Source: Bacillus subtilis subsp. subtilis str. 168
Lineage (GTDB): Bacteria; Bacillota; Bacilli; Bacillales; Bacillaceae
Reading direction: 5' to 3'
Assembly (NCBI RefSeq): GCF_000009045.1
Contig: NC_000964.3
Span: 3,000,001 to 3,032,000 of the forward strand
Length of the DNA stretch: 32,000 bases
The notes beneath the pieces were generated by a model that made no database searches, was not told the origin of the DNA, and was given only the letters and a program-made list of their open reading frames with translations. This document shows, in pieces, positions 8,938 through 16,645 of this stretch. Position 1 is the stretch's first letter. Each line of letters begins with the position of its first letter. The translations under genes were made by a program, and so were the position numbers.

Positions 8938-9864
8938 TTGGAGTTACGCTCAATCAAAACGTTTCATACGATTGTAAAATTTGGAAGCTTCTATAAAGCT
9001 GCAGAAATACTCAACTACTCGCAGCCGACGATATCGATGCGTATGAAGCAATTGGAGCAGGATTTAGGCGTACTGCTGTTTGAAAGAGGAAAAAGCCTGC
9101 AGTTGACAAAAGCAGGGAAGCTTTTTTATGAACGAACAGGAGATCTTTTGATGCAATACGAGGCGCTTAAACACAACCTCTCCGACTTAAAGGAAGAAGA
9201 GGCAGGCATTATCAACATAGGGGTTTCAGAGCCAACCGCCAGTCTGATATTCCCCGAGATTTTAAAGGATTTCTTAATGGATTACCCAAAGATAACGGTT
9301 AATATCAAGGTTGATGACGCCAATACCTGCAGTCAAAAGCTCTTAGACGGGACGATTGATTTTGCAGTCTGCGGCGAGCCGGAGCTGATTCTTGAAAATT
9401 ACTACCATCCATTTTTTTATGACACATTAAATGTGATTGTATCTGATCAACATCCGCTCGCTGAGAAGAAGGCTGTCCATTTGTCTGATTTAGCAGAAGA
9501 GCGCTTCATATTTACGCCCGCCAATTGCCCCATTCGCTTACAAATTGAACAGCATTTACATAGAGAACTCGGGAATCGCTACAAAAAAATGGAGCTCACA
9601 AGCAGCATGTCACATGAATATTACGTACGTGAAAACATCGGAATTTCAATCTTTACCAGCACCGCACATTCTAAACCGTTCAACGGCACTAAAGTCATTC
9701 CAATTCTGAACCTGGATATCACCCCGCCCATAGGGCTGTTGACAAATCAAAAAGAAGTTCATTTTGACCGCGCCACGAAGGACTTGATCGCCCGGATAAC
9801 CAAACGTTTTCAGCAGCGCAGCAAAGAATTGGAAGGAACCTCTGATAAGACCATTACAGGATAA
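8938..9864 (+). CDS. ytlI: LysR-family transcriptional activator of the divergent ytmI operon
   Basis: 308-aa ORF with a TTG start at 8938, 6 nt after AGGAGGGA. The N-terminal winged HTH reads YKAAEILNYSQPTISMRMKQLEQDLGVLLFER, and the C-terminal part is a LysR substrate-binding domain. Confidence 0.92.
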   Translation: MELRSIKTFHTIVKFGSFYKAAEILNYSQPTISMRMKQLEQDLGVLLFERGKSLQLTKAGKLFYERTGDLLMQYEALKHNLSDLKEEEAGIINIGVSEPTASLIFPEILKDFLMDYPKITVNIKVDDANTCSQKLLDGTIDFAVCGEPELILENYYHPFFYDTLNVIVSDQHPLAEKKAVHLSDLAEERFIFTPANCPIRLQIEQHLHRELGNRYKKMELTSSMSHEYYVRENIGISIFTSTAHSKPFNGTKVIPILNLDITPPIGLLTNQKEVHFDRATKDLIARITKRFQQRSKELEGTSDKTITG

Positions 9865-9867
9865 CTG

Positions 9868-9908
9868 AAAAAATAAAAACCACCTCCTGATTCATCAGGA
9901 GATGGTTT
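9868..9908. terminator. Hairpin terminator shared by the convergent genes ytlI and ytkL
   Basis: AACCACCTCCTGA / TCAGGAGATGGTT pairs at 12 of 13 positions around a 4-nt loop. The minus-strand reading has a long T tract. The plus-strand reading has only a short T tract. Confidence 0.8.
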
Positions 9909-9914
9909 CACGGT

Positions 9915-10598
9915 TTAAAGCTCGATCGTCTCACCGACCGACATGACTTTGCCGACTCCGCCCGGCAGGCTGTCAGCGAATGCTTCTGGGTCTTGTTCGA
10001 TGACCGGGAATGTATTGTAATGCACCGGCACGACCTGTTTTGCGCGCAGCCATTCAGCAGCAAGCTTGGCGTCTTCAGGCCCCATTGTAAAGTTATCGCC
10101 AATCGGAAGGAAAGCAAGGTCGATATGATTCAATTCGCCAATGAGTTTCATATCAGAGAAAAGTGCCGTATCGCCCGCGTGGAAAATCGTTTTATCTTCT
10201 ACAGTCAGCAAAATACCGGCAGGCATGCCTGTGTAAGTGATCGTTTTGTTTTCTTCATCTGTGATGGCTGATCCATGAAAGGCCTGTGTGAGCTTCACTT
10301 TTCCAAAATCGAACTGGCGGGAGCCGCCAATATGCATTGGATGAACATTCAAGCCTTTCCAGCCTAAGTACACAGCGAGCTCGTTCGGGGCTATAACCAG
10401 CGCGTTATTTTGCTTGGCGATTTGTTCAGTATCACCGACATGGTCATTGTGGCCGTGCGTTAGTAAGATGACATCCGCTTTTACATCCTCCGGCTTTATA
10501 TCCGTTAATGAATTCCCTGTTAAAAACGGATCAAAAATAATATGATGGTCCTTCGTTTCCACTGTGATTACAGAATGTCCGTGATATGTCACTTTCAT
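9915..10598 (-). CDS. ytkL: Metallo-beta-lactamase-fold hydrolase, UPF0173 family
   Basis: HxHxDH motif ([10 protein letters not shown]). The ATG at 10598 follows GAGGTGA and gives 227 aa. Confidence 0.88.
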   Translation of the reverse strand: MKVTYHGHSVITVETKDHHIIFDPFLTGNSLTDIKPEDVKADVILLTHGHNDHVGDTEQIAKQNNALVIAPNELAVYLGWKGLNVHPMHIGGSRQFDFGKVKLTQAFHGSAITDEENKTITYTGMPAGILLTVEDKTIFHAGDTALFSDMKLIGELNHIDLAFLPIGDNFTMGPEDAKLAAEWLRAKQVVPVHYNTFPVIEQDPEAFADSLPGGVGKVMSVGETIEL

Positions 10599-10634
10599 TT
10601 CTTTCACCTCGTCACATGATTTTGTTTTTTTTAT

Positions 10635-10660
10635 TTTCCCTTTTTAAAAAGCTGAAAAAC
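10635..10660 (-). promoter_or_regulatory. Candidate sigma-B-type promoter for ytkL
   Basis: Minus strand reads GTTTTT (10660-10655), a 14-nt spacer, then GGGAAA (10640-10635). The recalled sigma-B consensus is GTTTAA-N12-14-GGGWAW. The spacer contains the perfect palindrome CTTTTTAAAAAG. Confidence 0.4.
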
Positions 10661-11428
10661 TTATGTTGTTTGATTCTTGTTAATGACATTGAGGCCTCCG
10701 GTGGCTTCAATGACAGTCCCTGTCACAAGGTCTGAGTTCTCCTCACACAAGAAAGCGATAATCCTGGCAATATCCTCGCCTGTACCGGATCTTCCTATCG
10801 GCGTTTTTTCTTTGCCGATTCGCATTCTGGCTTCCTCTATCGATGCTTCTTTCATGTCGCCGACAATGTCTCCTGGGCAAACCATGTTGGCGGTTATGCC
10901 GAATTCGGCTTCTTCAATGGCAATTGTCTTCGTCAAAGAAGCCAAGCCCACTTTCGCAGCGCCAAATGCCGATCGGTGAAGCCAGCCGGGCGCGTGAGCC
11001 GCACCTTGGAATCCGTACGTAATAATGCGTCCAAATTGCTGTTTTCTCATAATAGGAATAACCGCTTTGAATAAATGAAAGACGGCGCTTAAATTTCCTT
11101 CCAGCATGCCATACCATTCATCATCAGTATAATCGGCTAACTTTTTACGTTCAAATATGTATGGTCCAGCGTTGTTAATCAAAAAGTCGATCCTTCCGAA
11201 GCGGTTTAAGGCAGCCTCTGCAATACGCAGCAGATCTTCTTTTTTGGTGACATCACCTTTTACAAATTGCAGCCGGTCAAGACAATCGGGACAGGCTTCC
11301 TTCAGGCGGCTGACTGCCTCCTCATCCTGTCTGTAATTGACTGTTACTGAATACCCCTTTGCAAGCAACGTTTCAGTCACTTTGCGGCCTAAACCCTTCG
11401 AACCGGCAGTAATTAAAGCATGTCGCAC
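10661..11428 (-). CDS. ytkK: Short-chain dehydrogenase/reductase family protein with an atypical active-site motif
   Basis: The Rossmann motif TAGSKGLGRKV is present. The GTG at 11428 lies 6 nt after GGGAGGT and gives 255 aa. The expected YxxxK motif reads FGAAK. Confidence 0.85.
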   Translation of the reverse strand: MRHALITAGSKGLGRKVTETLLAKGYSVTVNYRQDEEAVSRLKEACPDCLDRLQFVKGDVTKKEDLLRIAEAALNRFGRIDFLINNAGPYIFERKKLADYTDDEWYGMLEGNLSAVFHLFKAVIPIMRKQQFGRIITYGFQGAAHAPGWLHRSAFGAAKVGLASLTKTIAIEEAEFGITANMVCPGDIVGDMKEASIEEARMRIGKEKTPIGRSGTGEDIARIIAFLCEENSDLVTGTVIEATGGLNVINKNQTT

Positions 11429-11529
11429 ATGAATACCTCCCAAAGCAACGTCGCCGCTTTCAATAAAGTGTTTCTTCTTCTACTTTACTATAAAAGGCTT
11501 GCAATATCACTTTTTACACTTTGGCATAC

Positions 11530-11556
11530 AAAAAAAGCTGCCTGTACAGACAGCTT
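11530..11556 (-). terminator. Rho-independent terminator ending the argG-argH-ytzD unit
   Basis: Minus-strand hairpin AAGCTGTCTGTACAGGCAGCTT followed by TTTTTTT. The hairpin overlaps the ytzD stop codon. Confidence 0.8.
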
Positions 11557-11689
11557 ATTCTGCAGGAGATGAAGACTCCTGATCAGGCATATCGACATAA
11601 CCGCTTTGATATGCTTCTGAAATGAGCCTTGTTGTCTCCTGGCTTTCTTGTTCATCATAAATATAGCGTTCCGGTTCTTTTTTCATCAT
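11555..11689 (-). CDS. ytzD: Small acidic protein of unknown function (44 aa)
   Basis: The ATG at 11689 is preceded by GGGAGGCAGA. The product is MMKKEPERYIYDEQESQETTRLISEAYQSGYVDMPDQESSSPAE. The 78-aa track ORF would overlap the 3' end of argH and has no SD. Confidence 0.6.
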   Translation of the reverse strand: MMKKEPERYIYDEQESQETTRLISEAYQSGYVDMPDQESSSPAE

Positions 11690-11750
11690 TCTGCCTCCCA
11701 TCATTATAGAGGTAGGTTGGCTATAATGACGGGATTTTATGAAGGAAATT

Positions 11751-13136
11751 TTAACAAACTCCTGCTGCCACGCAAGCTTTCGCTTTTTCAAGCGCCTGTT
11801 CCACCTGTTTGAATCCGGTGCCCCCGGCGCTCATTCTTTTTTCAACTGCGTAGTAAGGGTCTAACACAGTGTAAATATCTTCTTCAAATAGTGTGCTCGC
11901 CTGCTGAAACTCGCCAAACGGCATATCGCTTAAATAGATCCCTCTTTCGATGCATGTGTACACAAGTTTCCCGACCACTTCATGCGCTTCTCTGAACGGC
12001 ATTCCTTTTTTAGCTAAATAATCGGCCAGTTCCGTCGCGTTTGAAAAGTCTTGTTTTGTTGCTTGCTTCATGACGTCTTTGTTTACAGTCATTGTTTGGA
12101 TCATGCCTGTGAAGATTTGCAGGCTGCCCTCCACCGTTTTCACCGTGTCAAACATGCCCTCTTTGTCTTCCTGCAGATCTTTGTTGTAAGCGAGCGGAAG
12201 TCCTTTCATGATCGTAAACAGCCCCATCATATCGCCGTATACGCGTCCTGTTTTGCCGCGGATCAGCTCCGCCATATCAGGGTTTTTCTTTTGCGGCATC
12301 ATGCTGCTTCCTGTTGCGTACGTATCGTCAAGCTCGATGAATTTAAACTCCTGCGAGCACCATAAAATGATTTCTTCAGAGAAACGGGATAGGTGCATCA
12401 TCAGCATACTGCTGTTGCTTAAAAACTCCAAAATGAAGTCTCTGTCGCTGACGCCGTCCAAGCTGTTTTCATAAATGGCATCAAAGCCGAGCAGTTCCGC
12501 TGAATAATCACGGTCAATTGGGAAGGTTGTTCCCGCGAGCGCCCCGCAGCCGAGCGGAGATTTGTTAATCCGCTTCATTGAATCCTGAAAACGCTCCTTG
12601 TCGCGCTCAAGCATCCAGAAATACGCAAGCAGATGGTGAGCGAATGAAATCGGCTGGGCGCGCTGCAAATGTGTGTAGCCCGGCAGAATCGTTTCAACGT
12701 TCGCTTCCGCCTTTTCAATCAGCGCACTTTGGAATGCCTCAATCAGCTCGATGATGTGGCCGACATGATTCTTCAAGTATAAATGCATGTCAGTCGCCAC
12801 CTGGTCATTCCGGCTTCTGCCGGTATGCAGCTTGCCGCCAAGAGGACCGATTTCGTCAATGAGCATTTTCTCAATGTTCAAATGAATATCCTCATAATCG
12901 ACTGAGAATTCCAATGCTCCCTCCTCTGCTTTTTGCAAAAGGGTATTCAGGCCCTCTCGGATTTTCAACTCTTCTTCTGCTGTCAGAATACCGCATTTTT
13001 TCAGCATGGCAGCATGTGCGAGAGACCCTGTAATGTCTTCAGCAACTAAATTTTGGTCAAATGATATGGACGCGCCGAACTCGTCGACCCATTTTTCCGG
13101 TGTTTTTTGAAATCGGCCTCCCCAAAGCTTCTTCAT
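11751..13136 (-). CDS. argH: Argininosuccinate lyase
   Basis: 461 aa with the fumarate-lyase signature [11 protein letters not shown]. The start forms an ATGA overlap with the argG stop (13133-13136). Confidence 0.97.
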   Translation of the reverse strand: MKKLWGGRFQKTPEKWVDEFGASISFDQNLVAEDITGSLAHAAMLKKCGILTAEEELKIREGLNTLLQKAEEGALEFSVDYEDIHLNIEKMLIDEIGPLGGKLHTGRSRNDQVATDMHLYLKNHVGHIIELIEAFQSALIEKAEANVETILPGYTHLQRAQPISFAHHLLAYFWMLERDKERFQDSMKRINKSPLGCGALAGTTFPIDRDYSAELLGFDAIYENSLDGVSDRDFILEFLSNSSMLMMHLSRFSEEIILWCSQEFKFIELDDTYATGSSMMPQKKNPDMAELIRGKTGRVYGDMMGLFTIMKGLPLAYNKDLQEDKEGMFDTVKTVEGSLQIFTGMIQTMTVNKDVMKQATKQDFSNATELADYLAKKGMPFREAHEVVGKLVYTCIERGIYLSDMPFGEFQQASTLFEEDIYTVLDPYYAVEKRMSAGGTGFKQVEQALEKAKACVAAGVC

Positions 13137-14344
13137 GCTTTAATCTGCTCCTTCTTTTTCACGATGCTGTTCACTTTTGTCGGAAGTCCCCAAAGCTCGA
13201 TAAATCCGATTGCTGCATGGTGATCAAATGCATCGTCTTTTGTATATGTTGCAAGTTTTTCATCATATAGAGAGTATTCCGATTTACGTCCTTCTACAAT
13301 TGCATGGCCTTTAAACAGCTTCACGCGGACAATGCCTGTGACATGCTTTTGCGTTTCTTTTAAGAAAGCGTGCAGCGCGTCTTTTAACGGTGAGAACCAT
13401 AAGCCGTTGTAAATGATTTCTGACATTTTTTGCTCGATGATCGGTTTAAAGTGGGCTACCTCTTTCACCAGTGTCAAATCTTCTAATTCTTTATGCGCTT
13501 TGATCAGTGTCATCGCACCAGGGCATTCGTATACTTCCCGGGATTTAATGCCGACGAGGCGGTTTTCCACGTGGTCGATACGTCCGACACCGTGCGCGCC
13601 CGCCATTTCATTCAGCTTCAAGATCAGCTCAGAAAGCGAGTAGGAAACACCGTCAATGGAGACAGGCACGCCCTGTTCAAATGCAATTTCAATCACTTCC
13701 GGCGTGTCCGGCGTTTTTTCCAGCGGAGCTGTTAAATCGTATGCACCTTCTGGCGGCGCCGCCCATGGATCTTCTAAAATGCCGCACTCATTGGCGCGTC
13801 CCCAGAGGTTTTGGTCGATAGAATACGGGCTGTCAAGATTGATCGGAATCGGAATGCCGCGGCTAGCCGCATATTCAATTTCTTCTTCACGTGACCACTG
13901 CCATTCGCGAACCGGCGCGATGACTTCTAGGTCAGGGTTTAATGATTTAATGGAGACTTCGAAACGAACCTGGTCATTTCCTTTCCCTGTGCATCCGTGG
14001 GCAATCGCCTGTGCATCTTCTTTTTCCGCAATTTCAACCAGTTTTTTCGCGATCAGCGGTCGAGATAATGCCGAAACAAGCGGGTATTTTCCTTCATACA
14101 TTGTGTGGGCCTGCAAAGAGATAAGCGCGTAATCCTGTGCAAATTCTTCTTTTGCATCGATCACGTAGGAGTTTGTCGCGCCGACTTCAAGCGCTTTCTG
14201 CTGAACAAATGCCAAATCTTTGCCCTCACCGACATCCAGGCAGCAGGCGATTACATTATATCCTTGCTCCTGAAGCCATTTTATTGCGACGGAAGTATCA
14301 AGACCTCCTGAGTATGCTAATACGACTTTTTTCTGTTCTGACAT
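13133..14344 (-). CDS. argG: Argininosuccinate synthase
   Basis: 403 aa with the N-type ATP-pyrophosphatase motif [18 protein letters not shown] lies upstream of the ATG at 14344. Confidence 0.97.
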   Translation of the reverse strand: MSEQKKVVLAYSGGLDTSVAIKWLQEQGYNVIACCLDVGEGKDLAFVQQKALEVGATNSYVIDAKEEFAQDYALISLQAHTMYEGKYPLVSALSRPLIAKKLVEIAEKEDAQAIAHGCTGKGNDQVRFEVSIKSLNPDLEVIAPVREWQWSREEEIEYAASRGIPIPINLDSPYSIDQNLWGRANECGILEDPWAAPPEGAYDLTAPLEKTPDTPEVIEIAFEQGVPVSIDGVSYSLSELILKLNEMAGAHGVGRIDHVENRLVGIKSREVYECPGAMTLIKAHKELEDLTLVKEVAHFKPIIEQKMSEIIYNGLWFSPLKDALHAFLKETQKHVTGIVRVKLFKGHAIVEGRKSEYSLYDEKLATYTKDDAFDHHAAIGFIELWGLPTKVNSIVKKKEQIKA

Positions 14345-14376
14345 GATAAAAATCCCCTCTCAACCGTGTTTCTATT

Positions 14377-14413
14377 TTGTATAAAAATAAATTATATTTA
14401 ATAAAAATACATT
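14377..14413 (-). promoter_or_regulatory. Two ARG/ARC-box-like A/T-rich 18-mers, candidate AhrC operator of argGH
   Basis: Plus strand reads TTGTATAAAAATAAATTA (14377-14394) and ATTTAATAAAAATACATT (14396-14413). They share the identical core ATAAAAATA 20 bp apart. The reverse complement of the second box, AATGTATTTTTATTAAAT, resembles the recalled ARC consensus CATGAATAAAAATKCAAK. Confidence 0.4.
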
Positions 14414-14425
14414 TTGTATGTATAC

Positions 14426-14454
14426 ACTTTAACAAGTACGTTTCGTTTTTTCAA
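14426..14454 (-). promoter_or_regulatory. Candidate sigma-A promoter of argGH
   Basis: Minus strand reads TTGAAA (14454-14449), a 17-nt spacer ending in TGT, then TAAAGT (14431-14426). The ARC-like boxes lie just downstream of the predicted start site. Confidence 0.4.
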
Positions 14455-14463
14455 GCCTTTTAT

Positions 14464-14497
14464 AAAAAAAACTTCACCTAAATTTCAGGTGAAGTTT
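14464..14497 (-). terminator. Rho-independent terminator after moaB
   Basis: Minus-strand hairpin AACTTCACCT-GAAATTT-AGGTGAAGTT followed by eight T residues. Confidence 0.85.
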
Positions 14498-14513
14498 CAT
14501 AGTATTTATTCAT

Positions 14514-15026
14514 TTACTTGTCTTTTCTGATTTCTCTGACCACATGCGCAAGTTCGGGAATAATCAGCTTATTCATTGCCAGCTTTACTGCGCCGCTTGA
14601 GCCTGGCGTTGAGAAAACAGCGGTATGCTGAATGACGCCGGCAGTTGCTCTCGACATGATTGCGGCAGAGCCGATATCCTCTGTATAACTCAGCATCCTG
14701 AATATTTCTCCAAAGCCGGGCAGTTCTTTCGAAAACAGCGGCGTTATGGCTTCAATTGTGACATCCCGATCTGCTATGCCTGTCCCTCCGTTTAAGAGTA
14801 CCGCGTCTGTCTGTTCATCCATGCAGCCCGCAAGCACTGACCGTTGCAAAGCATCCTTTTCGTCTTTTACAATTTCATATGCGGCAATATGATGACCGGC
14901 TTCTTCTAAAAATGAGATCATCAGCTTGCCGCTTTTATCGGTTTCATCTGTCCTCGTGTCACTGACAGTAATCACTTTGCACCGAACGATATCGGGAGCT
15001 TCTTGTTTATGCTCTTGAACGCTCAT
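14514..15026 (-). CDS. moaB: Molybdenum cofactor biosynthesis protein B (MogA/MoaB family)
   Basis: The ATG at 15026 follows AGAGGTGGG and gives 170 aa. The protein has the MoaB/MogA fold with an NGGTG motif. Confidence 0.92.
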   Translation of the reverse strand: MSVQEHKQEAPDIVRCKVITVSDTRTDETDKSGKLMISFLEEAGHHIAAYEIVKDEKDALQRSVLAGCMDEQTDAVLLNGGTGIADRDVTIEAITPLFSKELPGFGEIFRMLSYTEDIGSAAIMSRATAGVIQHTAVFSTPGSSGAVKLAMNKLIIPELAHVVREIRKDK

Positions 15027-15070
15027 TGGCCCACCTCTTTTATGTTTTCTGTCTGTCACTATCATGCATC

Positions 15071-15102
15071 AACAAAAAAGCACATTCAAGAGAATGTGCT
15101 TT
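15071..15102 (-). terminator. Rho-independent terminator after ackA
   Basis: Minus-strand hairpin AAAGCACATTC-TCTT-GAATGTGCTTT followed by TTTGTT. Confidence 0.85.
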
Positions 15103-15110
15103 CATGCGAT

Positions 15111-16298
15111 TTATTTTGCTAAACGAACAACGTCGCGCGCAATCATGACTTCTTCATCAGTCGGGATGATCATGACTTTTACTGGAGAATGCGGATAGCT
15201 GATGAAAGCTTCCTCGCCGCGCACGTTATTAAGCGCAGGGTCCCAGTATACGCCCATGAATTCTAAACCGCGAAGAACGCGTTCTCTGACTTCCACACTG
15301 TTTTCACCGATACCGGCAGTAAAGATGATCGCATCTACACCGCTCATTCTTGCAGCGTAAGAACCGATGTATTTGTGGATTCTGCTTGCGAATACTTCAA
15401 GAGCCGTTTCCGCGCGCTCATTTCCTTCTTTCGTAGCTTCAACGATGTCACGAAGATCGCTTGAGAAACCGGAAATGCCGAGCAGTCCGCTTTTTTTGTT
15501 TAATGTATTCAGTACTTCGTCAGCCGTTTGGCCTGTTTTCTCCATGATGTATGGGATCAGGGCAGGGTCGATGTTTCCAGAGCGTGTGCCCATTGCTACA
15601 CCGGCAAGCGGCGTAAAGCCCATGGATGTGTCAATAGATTTTCCGCCTTCAACAGCGGCAATACTTGCTCCGTTTCCAAGGTGGCAGGAAATCAGGCGCA
15701 AGTCTTTTAACGGACGGCCGAGAAGCTCTGCCGCACGCTCAGTTACATATTTATGTGAAGTGCCGTGGAAGCCGTATTTACGGATGCCGAATTTTTCATA
15801 GTATTCATACGGCAAGCTGTAAAGGTAAGACTGCTCAGGCATTGTTTGGTGGAATGCTGTATCAAATACAGCTACCGCAGGAACATTTGGAAGCACTTCT
15901 TTGAACGCTTTAATTCCAACGATATTTGCCGGATTGTGAAGCGGTGCCAATTCAGAAATATCTTCGATTTCCTTAATGGTTTCATCCGTTAATAAAACAG
16001 AATCGCTGAATTTTTCTCCGCCGTGAACGACACGATGGCCAATTCCGTCAATTTCATTCAAGTCTTTAATAATGCCGAATTCCGTTAACTTATTCAGCAG
16101 CATTTTAACAGCTACCGCATGATCTGGAATATCAGTTACTTCTGTATTTTTTTCGCCGTTCACAGAAATTGTGAATACGCTGTCGGCGATACCGATTCGT
16201 TCAACTAAACCCTTCGTTAAAACGGTTTCTGAAGGCATTTCGAAAAGCTGAAATTTCAAAGACGAGCTTCCTGCGTTAATTGCAATAATTTTGGACAT
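15111..16298 (-). CDS. ackA: Acetate kinase
   Basis: The ATG at 16298 lies 8 nt after AAGGAG and gives 395 aa starting [16 protein letters not shown]. This is the acetate/propionate kinase signature. The 433-aa track ORF extends into the promoter. Confidence 0.97.
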   Translation of the reverse strand: MSKIIAINAGSSSLKFQLFEMPSETVLTKGLVERIGIADSVFTISVNGEKNTEVTDIPDHAVAVKMLLNKLTEFGIIKDLNEIDGIGHRVVHGGEKFSDSVLLTDETIKEIEDISELAPLHNPANIVGIKAFKEVLPNVPAVAVFDTAFHQTMPEQSYLYSLPYEYYEKFGIRKYGFHGTSHKYVTERAAELLGRPLKDLRLISCHLGNGASIAAVEGGKSIDTSMGFTPLAGVAMGTRSGNIDPALIPYIMEKTGQTADEVLNTLNKKSGLLGISGFSSDLRDIVEATKEGNERAETALEVFASRIHKYIGSYAARMSGVDAIIFTAGIGENSVEVRERVLRGLEFMGVYWDPALNNVRGEEAFISYPHSPVKVMIIPTDEEVMIARDVVRLAK

Positions 16299-16396
16299 GA
16301 TTGACGCTCCTTTATACTCTGTATCAACAACTTCGTTTTTCGTACTTTTTTCCCGGTGAATATCAACATCTTCTCCGAAAAATATCTGACTTTTCC

Positions 16397-16425
16397 ATTT
16401 AAACATTGTCATGTCGGCTTTTCAA
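16397..16425 (-). promoter_or_regulatory. ackA sigma-A promoter
   Basis: Minus strand reads TTGAAA (16425-16420), a 17-nt spacer ending in TGT (extended -10), then TTAAAT (16402-16397). This places the start site near 16390. That agrees with my recall that cre2 is centred at -56.5. Confidence 0.6.
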
Positions 16426-16439
16426 GTCAACTTGCGTAT

Positions 16440-16453
16440 TGATAACGCTTACA
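16440..16453 (-). promoter_or_regulatory. CcpA catabolite-responsive element cre2 of ackA
   Basis: Minus strand TGTAAGCGTTATCA matches TGWAANCGNTNWCA at every specified position. Confidence 0.85.
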
Positions 16454-16465
16454 ATAAGAAGTCGT

Positions 16466-16480
16466 TATTTTCAGACACAT
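16466..16480 (-). promoter_or_regulatory. CodY-box-like 15-mer between the two cre sites
   Basis: Plus strand TATTTTCAGACACAT matches AATTTTCWGAAAATT at 11 of 15 positions. CodY is known to co-activate ackA, but I have not verified the exact site. Confidence 0.3.
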
Positions 16481-16499
16481 TCACTATAGGTTTTGTATT

Positions 16500-16513
16500 G
16501 ATGAACGCTTACA
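16500..16513 (-). promoter_or_regulatory. CcpA catabolite-responsive element cre1 of ackA
   Basis: Minus strand TGTAAGCGTTCATC matches the cre consensus at 12 of 14 positions. Its centre lies exactly 60 bp upstream of the cre2 centre. Confidence 0.7.
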
Positions 16514-16591
16514 ATTTGCGGTTTTTCCCTCTGTATTTTGTGTTTCAAAGCTGGATTCAATTCGTCAAGTCCGGTCTTCAAAAGCATAAAT

Positions 16592-16638
16592 AAAAGCAGC
16601 TTAGGCATCGACCTCATACGGCTGTCTAAGCTGCTTTT
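16592..16638 (-). terminator. Long-loop hairpin terminator after ytxK
   Basis: AAAAGCAGCTTAG and CTAAGCTGCTTTT form a 13-bp perfect stem around a 21-nt loop. A- and T-rich flanks lie on both sides. Confidence 0.55.
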
Positions 16639-16645
16639 AAAACAC

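Noticed and set aside
11690-11791. Longer 78-aa version of ytzD overlapping the 3' end of argH, and a perfect TATAAT at about 11705-11710 as a possible ytzD promoter
   Set aside because: The upstream ATG has no SD, whereas the internal ATG at 11689 has GGGAGG. The TATAAT has no acceptable -35 element and sits so close to the SD that a transcript starting there would lack it.
13656-14132. 158-aa plus-strand ORF antisense to argG, plus shorter ones at 13413-13735 and 14105-14346
   Set aside because: It is embedded in a highly conserved enzyme gene. It has no SD, its Ser/Gly/Ala-rich composition is typical of antisense translation, and the region has neither promoter nor terminator.
15367-15801. 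144-aa plus-strand ORF antisense to ackA, plus overlapping ORFs of 60-79 aa
   Set aside because: Same reasoning as above: no ribosome-binding site, low-complexity antisense-type sequence, and a position inside a conserved gene.
16299-16412. In-frame 38-codon N-terminal extension of ackA (the 433-aa track ORF)
   Set aside because: The extension covers the ackA -10 element and 5' leader, and its ATG lies upstream of the inferred start site near 16390. A strong AAGGAG precedes the internal ATG at 16298, which yields the canonical [17 protein letters not shown]-terminus.
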